Below are positions 1-11,240 of a stretch of 64,000 nucleotides of DNA, piece by piece (within the stretch, counting starts at the first letter, position 1; every line of letters begins with the position of its first letter). This stretch comes from Octopus bimaculoides (lineage: Eukaryota): the NCBI RefSeq assembly GCF_001194135.2, contig NC_068982.1, forward strand, positions 51,522,987-51,586,986, read 5' to 3'. A model generated the notes under the pieces. That model was not told the origin of the DNA and ran no database searches. It saw nothing but the letters and a program-made list of their open reading frames with translations. Both the position numbers and the translations under genes were made by a program.

Positions 1-347
1 GAGACCTTTGGAAATGTGCTGTGCGTGAGAAGACCCGGCAAGCCAAGTTAGATCGTTGCCAGTGCCCCTGGACTGGCTCTTGTGCGGGTGGCACATAAGA
101 TGCACCATTTCAAGCGTGGCCGTTGCCAGTATCGCCTGACTGGCCTTCGTGCGGGTGACACATAAAAGCACCTACTACACTCTCTGAGTGGTTGGCGTTA
201 GGAAGGCCATCCAGCTGTAGAAACTCTGCCAAATTTAGATTGGAGCCTGGTGTTGCCATCCGGTTCCACCAGTCCTCAGTCAAATCGTCCAACCCATGCT
301 AGCATGGAAAGTGGACGTTAAACAATGATGATGATAATGATGATGAT
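1..347 (+). mobile_element. 3' end of an RTE-clade LINE: last codons of ORF, 3' UTR and (GAT)n tail
   Basis: Frame from base 3 reads DLWKCAVREKTRQAK, like an RTE ORF C-terminus. The UTR holds two copies of a ~66-bp unit (CGTTGCCAGT...GTGCGGGTGRCACATAA) and ends ACCCATGCTAGCATGGAAAGTGGACGTTAAACAATGATGATGAT. The same tail recurs many times in the window. Confidence 0.75.
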
Positions 348-566
348 CTTTTACTCTTTTACTTGTATCAGTCATTTGACTGCAGCCATGATGGAGCACC
401 GCTTTTAGTCGAGCAAATCGACCTCAGGACTTATTCTTTATAAGCCTAGTACTTATTCTATCGTTCTCTTTTGCCGAACTGGTGAGTTCGGGGATGTAAA
501 CACACCAGCATTGGTTGTCAAGCGACGTTGGTGGGGACAAATACAGACACACAAATGCACACACTC

Positions 567-610
<44 letters not shown>

Positions 611-670
611 ACATATACATACATACATGTATATATATAGATATAGAAATATATATACACACATACATGT

Positions 671-715
<45 letters not shown>

Positions 716-783
716 CACATACACATATACATACATACATGTGTAAATATATATATATATACACACATATGCATACATACATG

Positions 784-876
<93 letters not shown>
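348..876 (-). mobile_element. SINE family A (body and tail) ending in a ~300-bp compound (TA)n/(CA)n microsatellite
   Basis: Body motifs GACTGCAGCCATGATGGAGCACCGC, AAGCCTAGTACTTATTCTATC and GTAAACACACCAGC are shared with more than 10 other copies in the window. The head is missing. Confidence 0.85.
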
Positions 877-882
<6 letters not shown>

Positions 883-1178
883 CTAGTTATCTGAAATTTC
901 ATCTGGCTACTAGTAAAGCATTACGTTATTAATACTAATCATTATGTTATAGCAGGTTTATATATATATATATATATATAAGTATTGTTCTTCACTTTCC
1001 CACCACCTTAACCCTCTTTAGTAAGGGGACCCCACCACAACATAAAACAACAAACGAAATATGTTGCTAAAATAATGGGTGGGTGAAGTGATGTATTTAA
1101 CAGCTAAAATGACATGTATTGCTCAGCTGGAATTTTATTTCTCTTTTTTTTTTTTCACCCCTAAATTTCTTCCTCCAG

Positions 1179-1286
1179 ATTTGCTGTTTGGAATATTTTG
1201 CTAAAAACAATCACTGTGTAAATTGGCTTGCATTGTTGAGCATTTTGTCTAGTATTTCATAATGTAGCATAACAGACTGCTTATAA
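1179..1286 (+). other. Candidate non-coding exon (5' UTR, lncRNA or poison exon)
   Basis: Very strong acceptor (TTTTTTTCACCCCTAAATTTCTTCCTCCAG) and donor (AA|GTAAGT) 108 nt apart. Stop codons occur in all three frames. Confidence 0.35.
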
Positions 1287-1989
1287 GTAAGTATCCAACA
1301 GGGTCTGACCTCTTAAGCGCAATGGTAATGAGATTAACTTAAGAGTATTGTCTTATCCGTTGCACATTTTATCAAAGAAAATATTTTCTAACACCTAAAT
1401 AACCCCAAAGAGTATATTATGTGAATGCAATATGTGCAAAACATGCAAGTTGTTGTTACTGCTGTTTACATTGGCTGTTTGTTCTACAAAAGTCTCTTTT
1501 ATTTTTTCATTTGTTAGAAACAGATTATCTTTCAATAGTTAACTGATGGTGGTGATGAGGCTTAAATATTTGATTTTAATTTGTGAAAGTTTTCTAGATT
1601 GTTTCAAAACAAAATAAAGTTATTTTAATTCATCAGAATTAGAACCTTTTCTTTCTGATTCCTCAAACTTTCATTTCGTTGAAAGAAATTTGTCAACTGT
1701 AAAATTTAATATTTATATATCTTAATTTTCAACTATTTCATAACTTTTTATTATTCGTTGTATTAATAATACTTGTGCAGTTGGTCATCAGTACATTTTC
1801 ATACAATATTTTGTCATTATTCAATTTGGTCAAATTGATGGTCTTTCAAATTTGCTTTTTGTCAGTTCACTATTTCTGAATTAATTTAAAAGCCATTTGC
1901 ATTGGTATTGCCATAGGAATCAAATGACTCCTTCAAGGTCACCATACAAACATCTTATTTTTTAATTACTGTGTCTGGAAAAGCAGAAA

Positions 1990-2192
1990 GCTAGCAAAAT
2001 TGTTAGCATATCAGACAAAATACTTAATGGTATTTCTTCCAGCCTTTTACGTTCTGGATTCAAATTCCACTGAGGTTGTCTTTGTCTTTCATCCTTTCAG
2101 GGTTGATAAAATATGTACTAGTTGAGTACTGGGGTTGACGTAATCAACTAGTCCTCACCCTAAGTATTTCAGGCCTTGTACCTATAGTAGAT
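1990..2192 (+). mobile_element. SINE family B copy
   Basis: tRNA-like head with B-box GATTCAAATTCC, followed by the core CTTTCATCCTTTCAGGGTTGATAAAATA shared with the 53162-53393 copy. Confidence 0.8.
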
Positions 2193-2194
2193 TT

Positions 2195-3460
2195 AAAGGG
2201 AAAGGCTGGGCCCTTGATCTTCTCATGTCATCCTAGACTGATGAGATTGAGGTCATGAATATTACTCTTGGTCATTTGCAACTGAAAACCTGTGGGACAG
2301 ATGAGCAGGGAGAGTGTTCCAGGGGACTAAAGTCCTGAGAAAGACTGGGTATAGTAATTTATACAGGACCTGAGGAATTGAGCATCATAAGAGCCATGAG
2401 TAGAGGAGAGATGAGTGGGTTCAAAATGACCAAGGGGAAGTGACAGGAACCTAGCCAATTCCAATAAACAGAAGCCATTATAGTAGGAATAGAAAACGCA
2501 GAGTAGAGAGCATAACTATGGCTAAAATTTTGAGCACGCCTGTGAGTGTGTGCCTTTAACACAAACAGTTAAATGACCCTTTTCTGGAAATGGTCTGTGA
2601 GTTGTGTAACAGCAGCAACTAATACTCCATTTTGGGCTTCACTTGATCAATAATTATTGGAAGCTGAAGTATCTTTTGGTCCTGAAGAGAAGGGTCAGAT
2701 ACAATCCCAGGGAGAGAGTTCTGGTGATTGAGAGGCCCAACATTTGGATTGATTGTGAGAGTTCTGGTTGCATGCAGCTTATGATTAAGGTGAGGTGCTC
2801 TATTCATGAGTAGTTTTACACATCAGCCCTAAGAATAGAAATTACATGAAAAGAGAGTACTTCAAAATAAAAATTGACCGGAAAAGATCTGGATAAATGA
2901 AAGATAGCTATTAATGATGCTGGACGAGCAAAACTAGCTGTGGAAAGAAATTGTTCATAGGTAATGGCCACTAAGAAATGACATGGTACAGAAATAACAT
3001 CTCCCAAAAGGTTCCCAGTGATAAGTATCTTTATCCTCAAAATTATGTTGATTTCAAGAGTCATTGATAAGAGCATCAAAGCTTAAAAAGTGTTCTTATG
3101 AGTTAATCAAAGGAACAATGGCAGTACCCATAATTTTTGCACGACTTCCAAGAGTAATGCTAAGGAGAAAGTGAGTTGTCAAGTTGTCGCTCCAACAAAT
3201 TGCTCAACAGTTTCTGTCTATCCAATATCATTTTCATTCACATGACTCTGGTGAGTCCAAGTTGATGATAAAAGATTCTTGTCCAAGATACTATGCAATG
3301 GAATAAGATTAAAAACCACATGCTTGCAGAGAAAATTTCTTTACCACATGATCATACAAGTGTCTATGGCAGTCTCCACAACATTGTTTTGATTCCAATT
3401 TAACTATCACATACACACTTCTTAATATGACCTAGTGCTGTATCTGTTCAATAAGTCCTT
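2195..3460 (-). pseudogene. Degenerate L2/CR1-like LINE reverse transcriptase, 3' portion
   Basis: Minus-strand translation with stops and frameshifts gives ESFIINLD (cf. ETFAVALDISKAFD), LIND (cf. FINDL), QVKPKMEY (cf. QVRPKLEY), FYSYYNGFCLLELA (cf. FYRYYNGFCSSELA) and WNTL (cf. LWNSLP). Confidence 0.75.
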
Positions 3461-4028
3461 GCATACATATATTTTGTAGCAATTCTAATATTTCGTATTT
3501 TACAATTGTAAAATAACAAAAATTGTATTGTAAAATACAATATTGTAAAATATTAAGATTATAAAAATGGATTGTCCACTTGCTTAAGATGTAAATTTGT
3601 CTCTTCCTTTCTACACTTCTTCCAAATTTTCTTTTTTTTTGTTCTCTCTCTCCCTCTCACTATTTCCCCCCTCCTGCAACCTACTCTCACTATTTCTTTC
3701 CCCACTGACCCATTTCTGTATCTTCACTATTTCTTTTTCCCTGCCCCTCCATGCTTCACTTTCGTTATTTTTCTTTTCCACTCTCTTTGCTCTCACTATT
3801 TCATTTCTCACACTCACCATTTCATATTTTCTTTGTTTTGTTTTTCACTCCCTCTCTCTCTCTCTCATTTTGAAATTATGTTGACAACTTAGTTGATTTA
3901 CATTCTACATTATAGTCATCAATGGTAGACCTTTATGATACATAAGGATTAGTCAAAGAAAAAGACCATTTAAAAGTTAACTTCTCCATGAATAGCTATT
4001 TTTTTTTTTTTTTTTTTTTTTACTACAG

Positions 4029-4158
4029 GGTATCTTAGAAAGCTAATAATGGAAGAGTTTGATAATTTCAGTTGACATGAGGAATGAAGAATCTGTTTTG
4101 CTTCCCTGCACTCTGTACAAGAGTGAAGATAGAGAAGGTGGTGTTATAACTTTGGTTT
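4029..4158 (+). CDS. Candidate exon containing a possible start codon (ATG at 4077; MRNEESVLLPCTLYKSEDREGGVITLV)
   Basis: Long poly-T tract plus TACAG acceptor and TTT|GTAAGC donor. Stops in all frames before 4077, then 27 open codons ending in phase 1. No recognised homology. Confidence 0.3.
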
Positions 4159-4371
4159 GTAAGCAAATATATATTTACAACCAAAGTGACGCCACCATTT
4201 AAAAGCAATTGACGTTATCAACAGTTTCCTATATAATAATTTTTGACTTCAAGAGAATTTAGAAACTTTGAGAATGTGAAATAATTCTTTTTAGGAACAG
4301 CGAATCTCAAAGCAAATAAAGCTATAGATAATAGCCTATAAATATTGGGTTAAAAACCTGCTGGAAACAAA

Positions 4372-4443
4372 GTCATAGGCTGTCCATGTGATTTGAACCT
4401 ACATCTGAAAAAGATGACAGACATTCTACCATTGGGCCAAAGC
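4372..4443 (-). pseudogene. Degenerate tRNA-like or SINE-head sequence
   Basis: Minus strand reads TGGCCCAATGGTAG (A-box-like) and GGTTCAAATC (B-box-like) at tRNA-like spacing. No complete cloverleaf could be drawn. Confidence 0.35.
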
Positions 4444-5261
4444 AATCCTTCAAATTTCTCTCTCTTGTTTAGAAACTTTATTCTTACCAACAAAAATTGT
4501 ATGTCATTGATGTCAAGAATTTTTATACATTTTGAAAGAAAGTGAAATATTTCTTTTTGGGGGAAGTGGAAAATCTCAAAGCAATTAAAGGTCCATCATT
4601 TCTAAAAAGAAATATTTATAATTTTGTTTATTATTTCATTGTAAGAAAGCTTGAAGAAAATTGGACTGATTAGTTTATTCGTATTAATTGTGATTCTGAA
4701 TAAATAAAGAGCTAATCCAAACTTACGATTCAAAGCAAACACATTTGTAAATATTGTAGAAAGCTATCTCCCTGTTTTACTACTTTTATCTTTCTTTGTC
4801 TTACTCTGTGTGTGTCTGTCTGTCTATCTTTTTTAGCATGTCGCTCTGTTTTTTGTTGTTTTTTTTTTTATTCTGCAGTTTGTCTTCACTGCATGTTTGT
4901 GTCATACATATGAGCAGACTATCCTGGTGTTTTCTCTGGCTCTCTACCAACTTTAAGTCTGTGTTCCTCTCATATGTACACACAGCAGCTGTATGTATAT
5001 CTGCTTCTGTATATGAGCTTGCCTTCATATATATCTTTCTGTTTGTCTGCTTCTTAAACGGAATTGAGCTAAGGGAAATAATTCAAATAAGCCAATGGTA
5101 TTGATTAAAGATAAATCAAGGTGTTGACATACTGAACTATGAATGTGAAAAATTTGTAATGATTTGGAATTCCTATTTTGGTTATTTTGTTTTAGCCATT
5201 AGATTGTGACCATACTGGTGCACTACCTTGAAGGTTTTAGTCAAACTAATCTACCACCAGT

Positions 5262-5448
5262 ACATATTAAGTATGGTACTTATTTTATTAGTCTCTTCTG
5301 CTAAACTGTTATGGGGATGTAAACACATCAGCGCTGGTTGTCAGGCAGTGGGGGATACAATACACATATTCATATTTCTCCATGTTGATTATTACACTGT
5401 CATTACACAGTTTAAACAATTTAACCACAACATAACCCTTTACACATA

Positions 5449-5479
<31 letters not shown>

Positions 5480-5640
5480 GATGGTCTTCCATGCAATTTC
5501 TGTCTACTGAATTCATTCACAAGGCATTGGTTAGCCCAGAGCTATATTAAAAGATACTTGCCCAAGGTGCTAGACAGTGGGACTGAACCTGAAATGATGT
5601 GATTCAAAGCAAGCTTCCTATCCAGACAGCCCATGCCTGC
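5262..5640 (-). mobile_element. SINE family A copy with internal (CA)n
   Basis: Reverse head ...CTTGCCCAAGGTGC...GGGACTGAACC...CCATGCCTGC plus body motifs. Confidence 0.85.
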
Positions 5641-5875
5641 AGTTAGAAAAAGAAAAGAAAAACCTAGCAGCAATTGTTAGTGACTTGCATGTGCACACAC
5701 ACACACACACACAATTTCAAAAAATTAAGAATTAGTTTTTAGAAATGTAGTTCTCATTCTGATGCCTAAGGGAAAATCTGATCTTCAACGGTGACAGACA
5801 TATTTCTGTCTTATTGGACCTTGTATACAGTATAGTCAGCATAAACAGCTTGATCAATAGACCAGTTTTTACATA

Positions 5876-6233
5876 TACAGGCATATCTCCACTTAAATCA
5901 TTTCGGGTAATGTCTTTTTCAACTTTACATAATTTTTTTTAAAGCAATTAATGTGAAAAATAAACCTCAACGTTACTCTCAATTTATGTGACTTTACATT
6001 GATCTCAGTAAATATATTTATCTAAAGCATTAATGTTTTTAAAAAAAAACACCTAAAAACTAACTCTGAAATGGAAAATGAAATTAGAGACTTGTAAAAA
6101 TATGTTCACACTGTTTATTAAAACAGATATACGCTAATAAATTTTTAAAGATATTTTTTCATGTCGCTTTACTTTTCAAGTTAGGCTGCTTGTCTTGGTA
6201 CCAATTGCCAACATATGTTGAGGCATGCCTGTA
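5876..6233. mobile_element. Tigger/pogo-type MITE
   Basis: Ends TA|CAGGCATATCTC and GAGGCATGCCTG|TA form terminal inverted repeats with a TA target duplication. Confidence 0.65.
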
Positions 6234-6239
6234 TTTTGT

Positions 6240-6468
6240 TTAACCCTTTAGCATTCAGATTTCTCTGTCAAATGTAATGCTTATTTATTCTCACTGTTTT
6301 GGAATTAATCATGCATTATCTCCTAGCTTCAAGATTTTGATGATGTGAATGTTTATTTGTAGAATGACATTGTAGGGTAGGCATGAGATGCCAAATCTAG
6401 CCATTTTGAACACAAAACAGGTAGAATATTTGGGCCAGATATGGTTGGTTTAAATGCTAAAGAGTTAA
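6240..6468 (+). mobile_element. piggyBac-type MITE family P1
   Basis: Runs TTAA|CCCTTTAGCATT to AATGCTAAAGAG|TTAA. Four more copies lie in the window. Confidence 0.85.
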
Positions 6469-6647
6469 TATTATGCAAGTTACTGTTGACAATGTCTTTG
6501 TAACTTTTTTTTTTTTCATATGCAAAAACTCATGCTGACTATGATCTGCTGATGAAACTCTAATTATACTTGAACCTGCCTCTTGCTGCTATTTCTTTCT
6601 GTTATCAGCTCCTGCTTGCAAATATCGAATACACCCTTAAATATGAA

Positions 6648-6900
6648 GTGGAGGCATGTAGCTTAGTGGTTAGGGTGTTGGAATCATGATTGTCAGGTTG
6701 TTGTTTCGATTCCTGAACCAGGTAACATGTTGTGTTCTTGAGCAAAACACTTCATATCACATGGCTCCAGTCCACTCAGCTGGCAAAAGTGAGAAAGCTT
6801 GTGAAGGACTGGTGTCCTATCCAGTGGAGAAATATATGCACCATGGAAACCAGGAAACTAGCCCTATGAGTCTGTATGACTCAGGAAGGCTCTTTGTCCC
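6648..6900 (+). mobile_element. tRNA-headed SINE family F (V-SINE-like central motif)
   Basis: Head TAGCTTAGTGGTTAG...TTCGATTCC, then CTTGAGCAAAACACTT, CTCCAGTCCACTCAGCTG and GGACTGGTGTCCTATCCAG. Confidence 0.7.
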
Positions 6901-7304
6901 GTCTTTAAATATGGAAAATTAATTATTTTTTTTTTTTATTAATTTCTTAATCATCTCTCTTTTTTCTTTTGTGAGTTGCTAACAATTATTGTTTTACTTT
7001 TCTTTGCATATCTAAGTAGCAATTTGTAACTAATTTTTTTGCATACACCAATCAGTACATCAACTCTTTGATTTCTCTGATGCTTAGTGTTACACATACC
7101 TTTTGTCTACTTTTTTACAGTAGATAGCTTCAACCAAATTTCTGGATTTACTGTAATTTACTGTTAAACTTTTATAGTTAGCTTTATATTTTCTTTTCAC
7201 AACATAGTTTACTAATTCACTTGCATCTTCCTGATATGTCATATCAGAACTGTCATACTGAAATGTTGTACAGGAAAAATACTATATTTTTTTTTATATC
7301 TGAA

Positions 7305-7650
7305 TTCATAGACACTATGCTGGGGCACTGCCTTGAAGAGTTTGATCAAATTGAACACGGATAATTATTTATAAGTCTGGTGCTTATTCTGTCATCCTCT
7401 TTTTATTGAACCATTTACAGAGGCATAAACAAACCAACACCAGTTATCAAATAATGGCAAGGGACAAACTCAGACATATGCACACATATACATGACAGGC
7501 TTCTTTATAGTTTCAGTTTATTAAATTCACTTACACGGCATTGGCTGGTCCAGGGCTGTAGAAGACACTTGCCCAAGGTGCCATGCAATGGAACTGAACC
7601 TGAAGCCATATGGGTGCAAAGTGAGCTTCTTAACCACACAACCATGCTTT
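7305..7650 (-). mobile_element. SINE family A copy
   Basis: Reverse head GAAGACACTTGCCCAAGGTGCCATGC...CTTCTTAACCACACAACCATGC plus body. Confidence 0.85.
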
Positions 7651-7811
7651 CACCTAAGTAAATAAAAATAACTCCTTTCATATAGATAACAGTAATTATT
7701 ACTGCCTATTAGCCATGAATATTATAAAATTCACCTTAAGCCTTTTGTTAGCATATTTCTGTTGAAATACACTACTTTTGTTTCAATGAAGTTTTAAAAT
7801 GCAAAATTTAG

Positions 7812-8085
7812 TAAAATAGCTCTGGACTGACCAAATTCTTGAGTGGATTTGGCAGATGGAAACTGTGTAGAAGCCCATTGTGTGTGCATGTGTGTCCCTT
7901 TACTGCTTAAGAATTGGTGTTGGTTTGTTTATGTCCTTGTAATCTAATTCTTCAGCAAAAAGAAACTGATAGAATAAATACTAGGCTTAAAAAAATATTA
8001 CTATGTTTTTGTTTTGATTAAACCCTTCCAGTCAGTGCTCCAGTGTGGCAGCAAATCCTATGAGTGAAACAAATAAAAGATAAGA
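7812..8085 (+). mobile_element. SINE family A copy, 5'-truncated, fused to a piggyBac-MITE fragment at 7738-7815
   Basis: Contains GAGTGGATTTGGCAGATGGAAACTG, GATAGAATAAATACTAGGCTT and the tail GAAACAAATAAAAGATAAGAG. Confidence 0.8.
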
Positions 8086-8130
8086 GATATTCCTCTGGAG
8101 GGAAAAGATATTGTATTCTTCCTGTCTTAG

Positions 8131-8173
8131 TTGGAAAACTAACTTTAGAGGACTTCATTAAGTCGCTGCTAAG
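8131..8173 (+). CDS. Candidate 43-nt coding exon (GKLTLEDFIKSLL), phase 1-2
   Basis: Acceptor TATTCTTCCTGTCTTAG and donor AAG|GTCAGT. Open frame is phase-compatible with the 4029-4158 exon. Not within any repeat I recognise. Confidence 0.35.
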
Positions 8174-9045
8174 GTCAGTGGTGATTCATAATTTTACATC
8201 CATTTTTTCCATGTTATCATGGGTTGGGTATTTCTCAGTATCTCCACTACCCACTGTGGTCCTTTGATTTCTAACGCAAACCAACCAACCTTGTTGTATA
8301 GGTCATGTTATTTTTTTGTCATAGTTTATACAAATGAACATCCTTCTTATCAACCAGTGCTTTACAGTGTACTGGGTGCATTTTATCATCATACTGTCTG
8401 CACTAAAATGTCCACAACAGGACTAAAAGCCCTTTCTACACTTCCTTTCTCTCATAGTTTTTTGTTGTTGCTTTTGATTCTTCCTTAGGAAAATACAAAA
8501 AAAAACAAATACTTCAAAGCTCTAAATACGAAAAAAAAAATTGTTTGATTTGAATAATGAGATTTAAGGTCTAAGTCATTATAAGTTTGTAAAACTTAGC
8601 AACGAATGTTTGATTATACAGGAAATCAATCTGAAATAAGTTCTTTTAGTTGCTTATATGATGAGATATGGTTTCAATTATCATTGCTGTCATCATCATA
8701 ATTGCTATTACTTTCACCATTACCAGTGTTTTCACTGTTTCATTATTACCATCACCTCCCTCCCCATTATCAGCACCATACCACCACCACTGTTTCCATC
8801 CTGGCTGTATAAATATCTATTTTTTTCCTCTCCATAAAGCTGTAAGGATTGTATAGGTCTTCAATTTAGCATGTGTCTATAAGTATTAACTCTATTCTGT
8901 CTTGACAGTGGCAAAAATGTAACCAATGGGAAACAGAATTTAGGCCAAATTCTAGAACCAAGGGCATTTTGCAATTTCTTACTCGTGTCAAAATCTATAC
9001 TGTATCCATTTTATCAATAGATAAAGATCATGTTATTATAATTAT

Positions 9046-9076
<31 letters not shown>

Positions 9077-10041
9077 TTGTGTAATAAATACTGATATGTA
9101 GATATCTATAGATACATCTTTAGATGGATAGATATTTCCACCTTCTGCAAATGTTACATGCTTAGTAATGTAGTGAAACCTCTCTCTCGGGTATTCAATC
9201 ACAAATGATAACAAAGCTGCTGACATCTAGTCTTCGGCTGCCTTGGACCTTTCTGTCCAACATCCTGATTGGTTCTTATTTGCGCGGCAATTGTCCCCAT
9301 GTTCTGCTTGCTAAGGGGACATTACATCCAATCGACGGCTTCAGATAAAGTCATGTAATAGAGAGTTTTACCATTGTCGTCGCCAGCAACACCAACATCA
9401 ATAAGAGCGGTTTTATCTCGACGCTGTTGAGTGGATTGTTTCCACTCACGAATAACAGTCAGAACTAACCAGCGAGAATATACTATACCAGGTAACACAG
9501 TCACAGCATTCGACGCTCAACACACATAGTGTGATACTCACAGCACTGCTACTTGGCCACGATTTCCTGCGTATGAACATTCTAAATCTTGTGTAACTTT
9601 AATACGAACTGGGTTTTCTCCATCTCAGTGTTTGAGACCTTTTACAGTCTATGTTACGGACACTCTTTCTATGTTCTGTTTCCTCTCATTCACACGCACA
9701 CTTGTACTCTCACATATTGTACACACACTATTGTTTATACGACTGTCCGTCACTTCACATTGTTGTATACATACTCTTGTACACCCAGGCCTGATTTATC
9801 TACTGTGTTAATTTTATATGTCGCATGCACTCGCACACAGACACAAACGTATTCTCATTATTTATCTAACGGTTGAGTTTGTCCTAAGTTCTATTACTGG
9901 CACCATGGCTCGTATCTTACGACGAGCCTATTATCTTATATATATCTTATTTTGTGTTCGACCGTGCGACATGGTAAAAAGGAGCCTTTTCCCGTCTACA
10001 TCACCATCTCCTTTGGTTTGCACAGTCGAAGTATTACAAAC

Positions 10042-10061
10042 TGGTGACCCCGACGGGATTC
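10042..10061 (+). promoter_or_regulatory. Primer-binding site complementary to the 3' end of tRNA-Trp
   Basis: TGGTGACCCCGACGGGATTC differs at one base from TGGTGACCCCGACGTGATTC, the reverse complement of the metazoan tRNA-Trp(CCA) 3' end as I recall it. It starts 3 nt after the LTR end. Confidence 0.8.
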
Positions 10062-10425
10062 TGTTCATGCAGTTTCTCTTTAATGGCAATTTTTGTGCCA
10101 GTTTTAGGACCAACCGTTTTTTTCAGTTCTTTCACTACAATCATTTTTCTGTGTCGTCTGTTTTATCTTCGACACACAGATTGGTGTGAGGCTATTGTAG
10201 TGAAACCTCTCTCTCAGGCATTCAATCACAAATGATAACGAAGCTGCTAACATCTAGTCTTTGGCTGCCTTGGACCTTTCTGTCCAACATCCTGATTGGT
10301 TCTTATTTGCGCGGCAATTGTCCCCATGTTCTGCTTGCTAAGGGGGCATTATATTCAATCGACGGCTTCAGGTAAAGTCACGTGATAGAGAGTTTTACTG
10401 GGTTTCCGGTGAGCCCTTTTTCGCC

Positions 10426-10433
10426 TATAAATA
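10426..10433 (+). promoter_or_regulatory. TATA box of the 3' LTR
   Basis: TATAAATA lies in the 166-bp segment found only in LTR2. An inverted CCAAT (ATTGG) lies upstream and AATAAA lies at 10855-10860. Confidence 0.55.
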
Positions 10434-11240
10434 AGCCCGATCCAACGACGGCAATCGTCTTCGATTTCAGATCTCTCACAGGTCTGGTCGTTGACCACAC
10501 ACATACAGAACACAGCTACAGCCAGTTCCAGCGCCGACCTCTTCACCACCAATGTACTGTCTACCATTGTCGTCGCCAGCAACACCAACATCAACAAGAG
10601 CGGTTTTATCTCGACGCTGTTGAGTGGATTGTTTCCACTCACGAATAACAGTCAGAACTAACNNNNNNNNNNTCCTCTCATTCACACACACACTTGTACT
10701 CTCACATATTGTACGCACACTATTGTTTATACGACTGTCCGTCACTTCACATTGTTGTATACATACTCTTGTACACCCAGGCCTGATTTATCTACTGTGT
10801 TAATTTTATATGTCGCATGCACTCGCACACAGACACAAACAGTTTCACTTTGTTAATAAACGTATTCTCATTATATATCTAACGGTTGAGTTTGTCCTAA
10901 GTTCTATTACTGGCACCATGGCTCGTATCTTACGACGAGCCTATTATCTTATATATATCTTATTATGTGTTCGACCGTGTGACATGGTAAAAAGGAGCCT
11001 TTTCCCGTCTACGTCGCCATCTCCTTTGGTTCGCACGGTCGAAGTATTACAGTAATGAATGAAGCATACTTCACTGTATGCTACTAAAGCACTTAAAAAA
11101 AACATAAGATATATGGAATTTTTCCTTTCTCTGTTTCAGGATGTTCCTTATATAGTTTTCTGTCAATCATTTCTATAATTTTACCCAAAACTTAAGTTAT
11201 GATTAGAATCTTATCTCATGAAGCTAATGCATTTGTGTTT

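Larger units (their letters stand above)
9169..11051 (+). mobile_element. Non-autonomous LTR retroelement (Gypsy-like): two LTRs around a 157-bp non-coding interior
   Basis: LTR1 9169-10038 and LTR2 10196-11051 both run TGTAGT...ATTACA. Target duplication GTAA at 9165-9168 and 11052-11055. Primer site directly after LTR1 and purine-rich GATTGGTGTGAGGCTAT before LTR2. LTR2 contains a 10-N gap. Confidence 0.9.

Noticed and set aside
453-902. Several YI/HT-rich ORFs, also at 54959-55631 and other (CA)n or (TA)n tracts
   Set aside because: They are translations of microsatellites that lack stop codons.
2950-3290. IINLD...YW and CYFC motifs resembling a Polinton/adenoviral cysteine protease
   Set aside because: The same text fits LINE RT motifs better and is collinear with clear L2/CR1 RT C-terminal motifs downstream.
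3496-3552. Perfect 20-bp palindrome TATTTTACAATTGTAAAATA with repeats; also 8-9-bp-arm hairpins near 7230, 20160, 35485, 42570 and 59595
   Set aside because: Short AT-rich palindromes are expected by chance in 64 kb of this composition, and none has supporting context.
9818-11055. Duplicated ORFs (MSHALAHRHK...) suggesting a tandem gene pair
   Set aside because: They are the same incidental reading frame in the two LTRs.
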